From Candidatus Eiseniibacteriota bacterium (GTDB lineage: Bacteria > Eisenbacteria > RBG-16-71-46), in NCBI GenBank assembly GCA_963725865.1, contig CAVSAC010000012.1, positions 1,216,001 to 1,280,000 of the forward strand: a DNA stretch of 64,000 nt, given 5' to 3'. Of this stretch, positions 1-14,165 are shown piece by piece. Position 1 is the stretch's first letter. Every line of letters starts with the position of its first letter. A program made the position numbers and the translations under genes. The notes beneath the pieces are model-generated. The model had not been told where the DNA came from, ran no database searches, and saw nothing but the letters and a program-made list of their open reading frames with translations.

Positions 1-1112
1 GTAGAACCGTGGCTGGTAGGTCCACGCCCCGAGGATGAGCAGCGTCGCCGCGACATACAGCCACGGGCCCCGCGCGATGCGGGGCATTCCCGCCGCTGCC
101 AGGAAGACCACCAGGGTGGCCGGGATGGTCAGGTACCAGAAGAAGTACGTCGCGCCGGTGACGATGTAGGCGGTCCACACTGCGAGCCCCGCGAGCACCA
201 ACGGCAGCGCGCGCGAGCGGCGCAGGGCCAGCAGCCCCGCGAGCGCTCCGGGGCCGAGCAACAGCCGCAGCGTCCAGAGCTGCGCCGTGTCGCCCAGGGT
301 CGGCCAGCCCGCGAGGTCGAACGGCAGCACCCAGTCCCACCACGCCTTGCTCTGGAGCGGTCCGGGCGTGCCGTACACCGCCGCCTTGGCGAGGACGCTC
401 TGCGGGATGGGACTGCCGTAGTAGAGCGCGATCGCCGCGAAACCCGCGGCCGCCAGCACGCCGGCGATCAGGCGGGCCCGGGCGTTCGCCCACACCGCCA
501 GCAGCCCGGCGCACAGCACGCCCTCGGGGCGGATGAGCGCGAGCGCGCCCAGCGCCGGGCCCGCCCACGAGCTGCGCCGCGCGACCAGCCACCCGCCCAG
601 CGCCAGCAGCGCGAGCATCGCGCCGGACTCCATCCCGGACGCGGACACCGCCGAGAAGAACGGCCACAGGCCGAACATGACGGCGAAGCACCAGACCGCC
701 GCGCGCGATGCGGTCCACTCCAGCAGCGCCGCCAACGCCAACAGCGTGACGCCATCGGCGAGCAGCAGCGTGAGCCGCGACCACGTCGCCGGATCGCGCA
801 GCAGGGCGATGCCGGCCGCGCTCCACACCATCCACAGCGGCGAGGTGTAGCCCATCACGCGCTCGCCGGGATTGAACACCGCTCCCCCGCCCGCCAGCAG
901 GTTCCGCGCGAACCGGAACGTGATGTACGCGTCCTCCCCCGGAGTGGGCACGATCCACCAGAACACCACGCGGGTGACGAGCACGAGCACCAGCCCGAGC
1001 AGCACGGGACGCAGGGCCAGCACCGCGCGAAGCGAGGGCGGCGCCGCGGTCTCCGAAGTCGGTGGGGATGCGGGGGCCGTCGGCGGCCCCGCGCGCGGAG
1101 CGCGAGGCGGAC

Positions 1113-1116
<4 letters not shown>
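1..1116 (-). CDS. Polytopic membrane protein, GT-C-fold glycosyltransferase-like; 3' end lies outside the window
   Basis: Not in the ORF track. GTG at 1116 overlaps the leuS stop (GTGA) and the frame is open to the window edge. Motif [13 protein letters not shown]...[15 protein letters not shown] is followed by many hydrophobic segments and RPEG. Confidence 0.75.
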
Positions 1117-3563
<2,447 letters not shown>

Positions 3564-3572
3564 AGGCGGCGG

Positions 3573-3601
3573 AGATTAGCGACTCGCGGCGCGCGAGTCA
3601 C
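3573..3601 (-). promoter_or_regulatory. Candidate sigma70 promoter for leuS (GTGACT-N17-TAATCT), nearly leaderless
   Basis: -10 at 3578-3573, -35 at 3601-3596; ATG 9 nt after the -10 with no SD. Confidence 0.45.
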
Positions 3602-3629
3602 GCCGACCGGCGCGCGAGTCACGCCGGCC
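3588..3629. repeat. 21-bp tandem direct repeat (2 copies) in the holA-leuS intergenic region
   Basis: ggcgcgcgagtcacgccgacc (3588-3608) and ggcgcgcgagtcacgccggcc (3609-3629), one mismatch. Confidence 0.9.
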
Positions 3630-3656
3630 GGCGCGCTCCCGGCGCGGCGGGCGGGC

Positions 3657-4733
3657 TCAGCGCGCGCCGCAGAGCGTGCGCGTGGCCTGCTCGAGCACGG
3701 CGACCGGATCGGCGCGGCCGCCCTTCCAGGCGGCCTCCGCGCGGTAGAGCGCGTCGACGGCGGCACTCAGCTCGGCGGGGCGCAGGCGGCGCCGCAGCGT
3801 CTCGCTCGCCTCGCGATGGCGCGCCCAGCCGCCGAGCGCTCCGCCGACCAGGTTCGAGAGCGCGAACAGCACCTGCCCCTCGCCCACGCCGGTCGCGAGC
3901 AGGCGCCCCAGCCGCAGCGTCGCGGGGCCGGACTGGCCGAGCGCCACGGCCGCGAGGTACTCGGGCAGGTCGGCGCCCACGGTCGGGCGCAGCACCGCCT
4001 GCGCGTCCGCGAGGCGGATGGTCCGTCCAACGCCGGCCCACGCCACGATCTTCTCGAGCTCGTTGAGGAACGCGAGCGGATCGCCCTCGCAGGCGTCCGC
4101 CGCCGCCTCCAGCACGCCGCGCTCGGCCTCGATGCCCTCGCGGGCGAAGCGGCGGGCGCCCCACGCCAGCAGCGCTGGGCGCTCCGGCGGCACCGCCACC
4201 CAGCGCGCGGACGACGCGCCGCGCAGCGGGTCGAGCGACTTGCGCGGACCGTCGGCCGCGGACTCGACCAGCACCAGGCACGAGGCGCCGGCCGGCTGCG
4301 CGAGCCCGGCGGCGAGCGCGGCGATGCGCTTCTCGCTGCGCCCGAGGTCCTCGACCTCGAGCACCACGGTCAGCTCGCGGGGTGAGAACAGCGAGGCGCC
4401 CTGGTAGGCCGCGAGGATCTCCTCGACCCCGCTCTCGGCCGCCCGCAGCACGCGGGCGGTCGGCGCCGCCGGCACGCGGGACGCCCACGCCGCGCGCAGC
4501 TCGGCCAGCAGCGCCGCCTTCAGCGGCTCGCAGGGGCCTTCGACGTACAGCGTGGCCGGGAATTCGTCGCGGTCGAAGCGACCGAGCAGGGCGGGCGCAT
4601 CGAGGGACGCCCGCGACCCCGCGGCTTTGCCGCGGGCCGCGGGCGCCCGCCGCGCGGGCGCGGCCTCACCAGCCCTGGGTGGAGCGGCTGAGGATCTCGT
4701 CGGCGATCTTCTGGATGGCTTCTTTGCGTCCAT
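3657..4733 (-). CDS. holA: DNA polymerase III delta subunit
   Basis: Adjacent to lptE and leuS; LYVEG, ASLFSPRELTVV, LNELEKI motifs. Start uncertain: the ATG at 4733 overlaps lptE by 68 nt. Confidence 0.8.
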   Translation of the reverse strand: MDAKKPSRRSPTRSSAAPPRAGEAAPARRAPAARGKAAGSRASLDAPALLGRFDRDEFPATLYVEGPCEPLKAALLAELRAAWASRVPAAPTARVLRAAESGVEEILAAYQGASLFSPRELTVVLEVEDLGRSEKRIAALAAGLAQPAGASCLVLVESAADGPRKSLDPLRGASSARWVAVPPERPALLAWGARRFAREGIEAERGVLEAAADACEGDPLAFLNELEKIVAWAGVGRTIRLADAQAVLRPTVGADLPEYLAAVALGQSGPATLRLGRLLATGVGEGQVLFALSNLVGGALGGWARHREASETLRRRLRPAELSAAVDALYRAEAAWKGGRADPVAVLEQATRTLCGAR

Positions 4734-5184
4734 CGAGTTCCGTCTTCGCGGTCTGGCCGGGGACGTCCTGCACGTAGTAGTTCGCAGTCTTGATCATCGC
4801 GTCGTCGCGCCACAGCTCGCGGTTCTTGATCTGGTCCTTGAACACCACCGAGACGGTGATGGTGACGCGGTACTCCTGGGCCCGGTTCTGGGTCGAGAAG
4901 CCGAACACCGCGTTCTTGTACCCCACGATCTTCCCGCGCACCACGCAGTCGGCAGAGCGCTCGTCGACCACGCGCAGGTGGTTGTCCTGCACCAGCCGCG
5001 CGAGCACCACGTCGGTGATGTCCTGCTGGAGCGTGTACTCGCTGGTGGCGTTCTCGAACACCGGCACCGCCACCGTCTTCAGGTGCGACGGCAGCAGCGC
5101 CGTGCTCGTGGTGTAGGCGCAGGATCCCGCGAGGAAGGCCACCGCCCCCGCGAGCATCAGCGCGCGGGGGCGGGACAGGTCCAC
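4666..5184 (-). CDS. lptE: LptE-family LPS assembly lipoprotein
   Basis: Lipobox-like LAGSC; LPSHLKTVAVPVFENAT; C-terminal IADEILSRSTQGW; leuS/holA synteny. Confidence 0.85.
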   Translation of the reverse strand: MDLSRPRALMLAGAVAFLAGSCAYTTSTALLPSHLKTVAVPVFENATSEYTLQQDITDVVLARLVQDNHLRVVDERSADCVVRGKIVGYKNAVFGFSTQNRAQEYRVTITVSVVFKDQIKNRELWRDDAMIKTANYYVQDVPGQTAKTELDGRKEAIQKIADEILSRSTQGW

Positions 5185-5187
5185 GAC

Positions 5188-6617
<1,430 letters not shown>

Positions 6618-6621
<4 letters not shown>

Positions 6622-8561
6622 GGGTTTCCTCCGTTGGACTCCAGCGGCAGCTCCACGATGAACGTGGTGCCGCGGCCGGATTCGCTTTGCACCGTCAGGC
6701 TTCCACTGTGTCGCTTCACGATGTCGTGGGAGATGTAGAGACCGAGCCCGGTCCCGCCGGGCTTGGTGGTGAAGAACGGCTCGAAGATGGTCTTGAGCGC
6801 GTCGGACGAGATGCCGCTCCCGCGATCCTCGATCCGCACCAGCACCCCGGGGCCGCTCGCGCCGCCGCGGCCGCCGGCGGCCGGCGCGGCGGGCTGCACG
6901 CGCACGGTGACCGCGCTGCCGATCGGCGAGGCCTCGGCGGCGTTCTTGATGAGGTTGATGAACACCTGCTCCATCTGATCGGCGTCGTGCGGCACCGCGG
7001 GCACGCGGGGTGCGACCGCCACGTCGAGCGTGAGGCCGCGCTGCTCGAGCACCGTGCGCAGGCACTGGACGGCGCGGCTCAGGGTGTCCTCGAGCGGCGC
7101 GACGCGCAGGTTGAGGCTGCGCGGATGCGTGATGTCGAACAGGTCGCCGACGATCCGGTCGAGGCGCTTGATCTCGCTGTGGATGAACTCGAGGTTCTCG
7201 CGCTGCGAGTCGTCGTGCTGGAGGGCGCGCGCCAGGTACTGCACCCCGGCGCCGATGCCGGCGAGCGGATTGCGGATCTCGTGCGCCACGCTGGAGGTGA
7301 AGCGGCCGAGCGCGGCCAGCCGGTCGAGCCGCCGGGCCTGCTCCTCGGCCCTGCGCAGGGGCGTGAGGTCCATGAACGTGGCGATGGCGCCGTAGACGGC
7401 CCGGCGGTCGTTGCGCAGCAGCGAGGTGGTGAGCGAGACCGGCACCGGGGTCCCGTCGTGCGAGCGCAGCATCACGGTCTCGCGCACGAGCTCGCGGCCG
7501 TGCTCGAGCGTCGCCTGCACTGCGGACTCCCCGTCGCTGCCGAGCACCGCGCCGACTGCGTGACCGGCCGCCTCGTCGCTGCTCCACCCGAGCAGGGATT
7601 CGGCGGCGTGGTTGAACGTGAGGACCTCCCCTTGCATGTTCACCGCCACCAATGCGCTCGCCATGCTGTCGAGCACGTGCTCGCGGAAGCGCTCGCTGCG
7701 GCGCAGGTCCTGGTAGAGGCGCGCATTCTCGATCATCGGCGCGATCGACTGCGCGATCGACTCGATGAGCGTGACCTCCGTCGACGTCAGCGGGGGCGCG
7801 CCGCGCCGCCGGGCGGCGCCGATCACGCCGAGCATCGGCATCTGGTCGCAGCCCAGGCAGTGGCGCTGCCGCTCCTCGCGGTCGGCCGCCCAGCCGTCGG
7901 CGGCCGCGCCCGGCGGCGGCGTCAGGACCGCCGCGTCGCCCATCACGCAGCGGGCGCCGCACAGCTCGTGCTGCTGGCCGGTCGGCAGCAGCGTGTGACT
8001 GCGGCGCAGCGGCACCGCGGTCAGCGCGCCGAGGTCCGCGAGCGTCTCCTCCAGCGGGTGGCCGTCGGGCAGCGCCGCCGCCAGGTGCGGGCGGGGCGCG
8101 CGGTGCGTGACGGTGCGGTCGAGCCACAGCGCCCGCGTCAGGGCGCCGCCATCGCCCAGCAGCGAGACCTGCAGCGGTACGCTGTGATCGCGGTCCCCGC
8201 GGCGGCTGCTCCACGTTCCGACGAGCGCGTGCTCCTCGAGGTCCACCAGCAGCAGGAACACCTCGTCGAACGCGAACGCCCGGCTCAGGTAGCGGGCGAC
8301 GGTGCGGGTGGTCTCTCCCGCGTCGAGGCTGCTCACGACATGGCTCGCGACCTCGCGCAGCGACACCAGCTGCACGTTGGTCTCGATCAGCCGCCGATGG
8401 CTGCGCTCCAGCTCCTCGACGAGCAGGCGCACGGTTTCCATCAGCGCCTCGGGATCGCCGGCGTCGGCGGGCACGGCGTGGCCGGTCGGATCCGAGAGGC
8501 CTCGGATCTCCTCGACGCGCCGCAGCAGGTCGCGCAGCTGTTCGCGCTGCGTGCTGGTCAT
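6618..8561 (-). CDS. Cytoplasmic GAF-PAS histidine kinase
   Basis: VAHEIRNPL H-box, NLIKNA N-box, DRGSG, FFTTK, GTGLGL; stop overlaps the regulator start; start uncertain. Confidence 0.92.
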
Positions 8562-8698
8562 GGCACTCGCACCGGGGCGCGGCGAAAGGGCTCGCCGTCC
8601 CGGGGGATCGGTGCTGACCGGCGCACGCCACAGGGCGGGGTGGTGGGCGCGCCGGGGTCGTGACGGGGCGCCGCTGCGGCGCCCCGCCGGCGGTGTGT

Positions 8699-9829
8699 CT
8701 AGCGGTCCGTGAACTCCCGCACGGTGGCCGCCACGTAACGGATCTGCTCCTCCGTCAGTTCGGGGTAGATGGGCAGGGCGATCGTCTCCAGCGCGGCGGC
8801 CTCCGCGTGGGGCATCGAGCCCGGCGCGTGGCCCAGCATGCTGAAGCACTTCTGCAGGTGGAGCGGCACCGGGTAGTAGACCTCGTTGCCGATGCCGTGC
8901 TCGGTCAGGTGCGTGCGGAGCTCGTCACGCTTCTCCACCCGGAGCACGTACTGGTTGTAGATGTGGCGCGTGCGCGGGTCGTGGTACGGCCGACCGACCT
9001 TGGCGCCCTCGAACTGCTGGTTGTAGAGCGCCGCGTTCTTCGCCCGCTTCTCGCTCCAGCGGTCGAGGTGGCGCAGCTTCACCCGCAGGATGGCGGCCTG
9101 CAGCGCGTCGAGACGCGAGTTGGTGCCGACCATCGAGTGATAGTACTTGGGCTTCGCGCCGTGGTTGCAGAGCAGGCGCGCCTTGTCGGCCAATTCGCCG
9201 TTCTGGGAGACGATCATGCCGCCGTCGCCCGCGCCGCCGAGGTTCTTCGACGGGAAGAACGAGAAGCAGCCGTAGTCCGTCATCGAGCCGGCACGCTTGC
9301 CCTCCCACTCCGAGCCGATCGCCTGCGCGGCGTCCTCGATGATGTAGAGCTTGTGCTTGTCGCAGATCGCCTTGATGGCCGGCAGGTCGGCGCACTGGCC
9401 GAACAGCGACACCGGCATCACCGCCTTGGTACGCGAGGTGATGGCGGCCTCGAGTCGCAACGGGTCCATGTTGTAGGTGCGCGGGTCGATGTCCACGAAC
9501 ACCGGCGTGGCGCCGTTGTTCGCGATCGTGCCGGCGCTGGCGAAGAACGAGTACGCGCTCGTGATGACCTCGTCACCGGGCCCGATCCCGAGCGCCCACA
9601 TCGCCATCAGCAGCGCGTCGGTGCCGGAGGCGCATGCGACGGCGTGGGCGCACTGGGAGTAGCGCGCCACTTCCTGCTCGAGGGCCTTGACCTCGGGGCC
9701 GCCGATGAAGATCTGGCTCTCCATGACGCCCTTCACGGCAGCGTCGATATCCGCGCGATGATCCGCGTACTGCGCCTTCAGGTCGAGCAGCGGCACCTGC
9801 ATCGTGGCCTTGGACGGCATGGCGCTCAT
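8699..9829 (-). CDS. DegT/DnrJ/EryC1/StrS aminotransferase (WbpE/WlbC-like)
   Basis: SGTDAL, IEDAAQA, SFFPSKNLG (PLP lysine), NSRLDALQAA. Confidence 0.93.
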   Translation of the reverse strand: MSAMPSKATMQVPLLDLKAQYADHRADIDAAVKGVMESQIFIGGPEVKALEQEVARYSQCAHAVACASGTDALLMAMWALGIGPGDEVITSAYSFFASAGTIANNGATPVFVDIDPRTYNMDPLRLEAAITSRTKAVMPVSLFGQCADLPAIKAICDKHKLYIIEDAAQAIGSEWEGKRAGSMTDYGCFSFFPSKNLGGAGDGGMIVSQNGELADKARLLCNHGAKPKYYHSMVGTNSRLDALQAAILRVKLRHLDRWSEKRAKNAALYNQQFEGAKVGRPYHDPRTRHIYNQYVLRVEKRDELRTHLTEHGIGNEVYYPVPLHLQKCFSMLGHAPGSMPHAEAAALETIALPIYPELTEEQIRYVAATVREFTDR

Positions 9830-9856
9830 GGTGTCTCCTCTCTATGTGTCGCGGGC

Positions 9857-10618
9857 CTAGGCGTCGACCCAGCCCTGATTCTCGAGCAGCTGTTCCACCG
9901 GGACGTCGCGCCACACCTTGGCCGGCGTCCCGAGCACGATCTTGCGCGCGGGCACGTCGGAGGTGACCACCGAGCCCGCCGCGACCAGCGCGTCCTCGCC
10001 GATCACCACGCCCGGCAGCGTCACCGTGCCGGCGCCGATGCGCGCACCCTTCTTCACGGTCACGCCCTTGAAGTGCTTGAAGCGCTCCGCGGTCCGGCCC
10101 ACGTAGTTGTCGTTGGACGTCACCACGCCGGGCGCGACGAACACCCGATCCTCGAGCGTCGAGTACGCGGTGATGTAACACTCGCTCTCGAGCTTGCAGT
10201 AGCGTCCGACGGTGCAGAAGTTCTCGACCGTCACGCCCCGGCCGACGATGGTGCCGCGGCCGATCGTGACGTTCTCGCGAATGGTGCACAGGTCCGCCAT
10301 CAGCACTTTGCCGTCGATCGCCGCGCCGCGGTAGAGCACCACGCCGGTGCCCACGATGCAGACGTCACCGACCGTGAGCGGGGCCAGCTCCTGCTCCTTC
10401 GTGGTGGCCGAGTTCGCGGCCTTCATCGGCAGCTTGCCGAGCACCGCCTGGTCGTCGACGCGCACGTCGTTGCCGACCCGGGTGCCCTCGTGGATCACCA
10501 CATGGTGTCCGATCCGGCAGCCGGTGCCGATCGTCACGTTCGCGCCGATCACGCACTGCTCGCCGACCGTGGTGCCGGCGCCGACCGTCGCGCTCGGGTG
10601 GATCACGCTGGTGCTCAT
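9857..10618 (-). CDS. Hexapeptide-repeat N-acetyltransferase (WbpD/WlbB-like)
   Basis: Start MSTSVIHPSA overlaps the upstream stop; LbH repeats; VFVAPGVVTSND; GTPAK. Confidence 0.9.
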   Translation of the reverse strand: MSTSVIHPSATVGAGTTVGEQCVIGANVTIGTGCRIGHHVVIHEGTRVGNDVRVDDQAVLGKLPMKAANSATTKEQELAPLTVGDVCIVGTGVVLYRGAAIDGKVLMADLCTIRENVTIGRGTIVGRGVTVENFCTVGRYCKLESECYITAYSTLEDRVFVAPGVVTSNDNYVGRTAERFKHFKGVTVKKGARIGAGTVTLPGVVIGEDALVAAGSVVTSDVPARKIVLGTPAKVWRDVPVEQLLENQGWVDA

Positions 10619-11652
10619 GCGACCCCCTGCGTCTCGGGCGCGATCGTGATCGGGGCGCCGCCGGCGGCGAGCGAGCGCTGCGCCGCGTCGAGCACCTTGA
10701 CCACGCGCAGGCCGCTGGCACCGTCGGTGATCGGCGTCTTGCGCTCGCGAACGCACTCGACGAAGTGCTGGCACTCGAGCTTGAGCGGCTCCTGCAGCGA
10801 GATCTTCGGGATCACGATGTCCCCGTTGCGCACCGTGAGGGCGTCCCCGTACGAGACCACCTGGCCGGCGCGGTCGACGCCCTTGTCGTAGACGCGGATC
10901 TTCTCGCTCGCGTCCATGTCGTCGAACACGACCATCTTCTGGCTGCCGACCACCGTGACCTTGCGGAGCTTGTGCGGATCGAGCCACGACACGTGCACGT
11001 GCGCCTGGCGGCCGCCCGGGAAGCGCATGTCGACGAACACCACGTCCTCGACCGACTTCTGGAGGAACGCCGAGCCGCGCGCGGCGACGTCGATCGGCTC
11101 CGCGTCCAGCAAGTGGAGGATCACCGACAGATCGTGCGGGGCGAACGACCAGAGCGCGTTCTCGTCCTTGCGCACCTTGCCGAGGTTGACGCGCTGCGCG
11201 TACAGGTAGAAGACCTCGCCCAGGTCGCCGCGCGTGACCATGTCCTTCATGTAGCGGACGGCCGGGTGGTAGATGAGGAGGTGGCCGACCATCAGGACGC
11301 GGTGCTTCTCGCGCGCCAGCCGCACCAGCTCCTCGGCGTGGGCGACCTCGAGCGTGATGGGCTTCTCGACGTAGACGTCCTTGCCCGCCTCCAGCATCGC
11401 CTTGGCGAGCGGGTAGTGGCTCACGGCGGACGCCGCGATCACCACCGCCTGCACGTCCTTGGCGGCCGCGATCTCGGCGGGATTGGGCACCGCGCGGGCC
11501 TGCGGATACTGCGCCACGCTGCGCGCCAGTCGGGCGGCGTCCAGGTCACACAGGGCGACGAGCCGGGCACCGGCGAGGTTGGCGAAGTTCCGGATGAGGT
11601 TCGCGCCCCAGTCGCCGGTCCCTACCACCGCGATTCCGATCGGTTCGGACAT
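10615..11652 (-). CDS. Gfo/Idh/MocA oxidoreductase (WbpB/WlbA/GnnA-like sugar 3-dehydrogenase)
   Basis: GTGDWG Rossmann motif, VEKP, FAPHD, SWLDPHK. Confidence 0.9.
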   Translation of the reverse strand: MSEPIGIAVVGTGDWGANLIRNFANLAGARLVALCDLDAARLARSVAQYPQARAVPNPAEIAAAKDVQAVVIAASAVSHYPLAKAMLEAGKDVYVEKPITLEVAHAEELVRLAREKHRVLMVGHLLIYHPAVRYMKDMVTRGDLGEVFYLYAQRVNLGKVRKDENALWSFAPHDLSVILHLLDAEPIDVAARGSAFLQKSVEDVVFVDMRFPGGRQAHVHVSWLDPHKLRKVTVVGSQKMVVFDDMDASEKIRVYDKGVDRAGQVVSYGDALTVRNGDIVIPKISLQEPLKLECQHFVECVRERKTPITDGASGLRVVKVLDAAQRSLAAGGAPITIAPETQGVA

Positions 11653-11710
11653 GGTTCCTTTCAACACTCCGGGTCCAGAGGATGAGGCGTGGGGGCGTCC
11701 GATCCCGCGC

Positions 11711-11740
11711 AGCCTAACAGCGGCTCCGAAACATGGTCAA
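11711..11740 (-). promoter_or_regulatory. Candidate sigma70 promoter TTGACC-N18-TAGGCT with extended -10 TG
   Basis: -35 at 11740-11735, -10 at 11716-11711; same hexamers and spacer as the aroF promoter. Confidence 0.6.
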
Positions 11741-11773
11741 CGCGGCGGAGCGCGGGCGGCCGCAGGCACGCGC

Positions 11774-12784
11774 TCACGCGGCCGACTGCCACAGCGCCTC
11801 CGCGCGGTTCTTGCCGCGCTGCTTCGCGAGATACAGCGCGCGGTCCGCCGCCTGCAGCAGGCTGATCGGGTCCGCGGCGTCGGCGGGGAACGTCGCCACG
11901 CCCAGGCTCACCGTGATGTCGCCGCGCCGGGCGAGCGGGAACGTGTGCGCCTCCACGGACGTGCGCATGCGCTCGGCCGCCACCCGCGCGCCCTCCCTCC
12001 CGGTCTGCGGGAGGATGAGCGTGAACTCGTCGCCGCCGTACTTCGCGACCAGATCGAAGGAGCGCACCTGCTCGGCGAACAACCCCGCCAGTTCGCGCAG
12101 CAGGAACGACCCGCGCAGGTGCCCGTGACGGTCGTTGTAGGACTTCAGGTTGTCGACGTCGATCATGACGATCGACAGGTCCTGGCGGAAGCGGCCCGCG
12201 CGCTTGATCTCGCGCCGCAGCGCGCTCTTCAGGAAGCGGTAGTTGTAGACCTGCGTCAGGTCGTCGGTGATCGCGAGCTTCTCGACGCTCTCCGACAGCC
12301 GCACGTTCTCGAGCGCCATCGCGGCCCATGCGCCGAGCAGCGTGACGAGGTTGAGCTCGTCCGGGCTGAAGCGCGTCGCGTTGCGGCGGCGATAGACGGC
12401 GAGGTAGGCCGGCGACTGGTCGCGCTGGCGCAGCGGCACGAACGCGGCGGGGCCGGATTCCAGCCCGATGCAGCGATCCTCCATGCCGAGGCGGTGGTCT
12501 GTCGCCGAGTCGGGTGTGGCGATCGGCGCGCCGGTGCGCACCAGCGCGCGCGCGAACTCGGTGCCGGCGCGCTCGGCGTCGAGCCGCTCCGGCCGTTCGA
12601 GGTCGCGGCGCAGCAGCCAGCGCTCGCTCTGACGACTGGTGCCGCAGAGCACGACGGCGCCCTCGCATTCGGCGACGGCGAGCGCGGTGCGGAGCACCTG
12701 CTCGATCAACCCGCCACGCGAACGTGAACCGGTCCGTGCGGAGAGGTCGAGAAGGGACTCGAGGAGCTTCTCGCGGCTGAGCAT
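11774..12784 (-). CDS. GAF-GGDEF diguanylate cyclase
   Basis: DDLTQVYN, DVDNLKSYNDRHGH, RSFD (RxxD I-site), KYGGDEF. Confidence 0.92.
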   Translation of the reverse strand: MLSREKLLESLLDLSARTGSRSRGGLIEQVLRTALAVAECEGAVVLCGTSRQSERWLLRRDLERPERLDAERAGTEFARALVRTGAPIATPDSATDHRLGMEDRCIGLESGPAAFVPLRQRDQSPAYLAVYRRRNATRFSPDELNLVTLLGAWAAMALENVRLSESVEKLAITDDLTQVYNYRFLKSALRREIKRAGRFRQDLSIVMIDVDNLKSYNDRHGHLRGSFLLRELAGLFAEQVRSFDLVAKYGGDEFTLILPQTGREGARVAAERMRTSVEAHTFPLARRGDITVSLGVATFPADAADPISLLQAADRALYLAKQRGKNRAEALWQSAA

Positions 12785-12863
12785 CGGTCGTCCTGACTGG
12801 TCGAGGGGTGGGCGATGAGACCCACCCAAGCACGCAATGCCTATGCCACGGGCCGGAATGGGC

Positions 12864-13913
12864 TTAGCGGCGTGGCCGGGGGGCCATCGAGCGCCCCACC
12901 AGCACCAGAGTCCGGAGCAGGAATCCGGCCGTCCCCCCCACCAGCAGGAGTTCGAGCCCTTTCTCCTGCCAGCGCTCCAACGGCAGGCTGGGGCGGGCCT
13001 TGAAGAACGCGACCGTGCCGTACGCGAGGGCCACGGTCAGCGCCGCCGAGGTCACGGCCGAGACCAGCGCCCAGGTCCGCCACTCGGCTTCGCGGCCATC
13101 CCGCGGTTGGGGCATCTCGCCACGTTCCCTACCCCCTCCGGATGCATCCTGCACGGCGCTGGGGCGGGCGGCCAATGCTTCGCCGGGGCGCGGCTGGCGC
13201 TCGGCCACCCACAGGCGGGTGGCCCCAAGCAGGAACGAGCGCCGCTCGACGATCGCGAATCCCGCTGCGGCGAGCGCCGTCTCGAACGCGCCGCCGTCGC
13301 CGAACTCCTCGATCGACTCCGCCAGATAGCGGTACGCGCTCGGATCCGGCGAGAGCCGTCCGAGCAGTGGAACGACCCGGCGCAGCCACGCGCGATGGAT
13401 GGGCGCCAGCGGGCCGGGCGCCGGCGCGGTCGCCTCGAGGACCACCAGCACGCCGCCCGCGCGCAGCACCCGCGCGGCCTCGGCGAGCGCCGCGGCCTGC
13501 GGGCGCAGGTTGCGCACTCCGAATGCGACCGTGATCGCGTCGAGCGCCGCCGCACGCAGCGGCAGGTGGAAGGCGTCCGCGCAGGCCAGGCGCGGCGCCC
13601 AGCCGCTGCGGCCCTGCTCGTCCGCCGCGATCTCGAGCATCCCGAAGCTCACGTCCATGCCGAGCACCAGACGGCCCGGCCGGCGCAGTCCGGCGAGCGA
13701 GGTTCCGCTGCCGGTGCACAGGTCGAGCACCGCGCGCGCGTCCTCGGGAACCGCGTCCCACATCTGCTGGCGCCACGCCTCGTCGCGGCCCAGCGTCATC
13801 AGGCGGTTGAGCAAGTCGTAGCGGCCCGACACGTCGTCGAACATGTCGGCCATCGCGCGCGTGGCGCGCGGCTCGAAGCGGGGATTCTGCTCCGGCGGGT
13901 TCTCGGAGGTCAT
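12864..13913 (-). CDS. menG: UbiE/MenG-family quinone C-methyltransferase with C-terminal membrane extension
   Basis: MFDDVSGRYDLLNRLMTLGRDEAWR, DLCTGSG, AFGVRN, AYRYLAESI. Confidence 0.8.
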   Translation of the reverse strand: MTSENPPEQNPRFEPRATRAMADMFDDVSGRYDLLNRLMTLGRDEAWRQQMWDAVPEDARAVLDLCTGSGTSLAGLRRPGRLVLGMDVSFGMLEIAADEQGRSGWAPRLACADAFHLPLRAAALDAITVAFGVRNLRPQAAALAEAARVLRAGGVLVVLEATAPAPGPLAPIHRAWLRRVVPLLGRLSPDPSAYRYLAESIEEFGDGGAFETALAAAGFAIVERRSFLLGATRLWVAERQPRPGEALAARPSAVQDASGGGRERGEMPQPRDGREAEWRTWALVSAVTSAALTVALAYGTVAFFKARPSLPLERWQEKGLELLLVGGTAGFLLRTLVLVGRSMAPRPRR

Positions 13914-13946
13914 CGCGGGCAGGTGGGCGAAGGCCCGGGGAAAGGG

Positions 13947-14023
<77 letters not shown>

Positions 14024-14034
14024 AGCGGCAGGCG

Positions 14035-14063
14035 TTTATAGCACACGGGCGCGGGGCCGTCAC
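14035..14063 (-). promoter_or_regulatory. Candidate promoter for tRNA-Arg (GTGACG-N17-TATAAA, extended -10 TG)
   Basis: AT-rich hexamer 11 nt upstream of the tRNA 5' end. Confidence 0.55.
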
Positions 14064-14165
14064 GCTCCGCCCCCGGCGCGGGTGCGGTCGGCCGCGGCGC
14101 GGCCGGCGTGACCCGCGACCGCCGCGCGCGTACCGCCCCGCGACCGCTCCCACCCTGGACCGGCG

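Noticed and set aside
6622..8631. 1147-aa version of the sigma54 regulator
   Set aside because: The extension is an alternate frame of the kinase; the real start is 6621 with an SD and ATGA overlap
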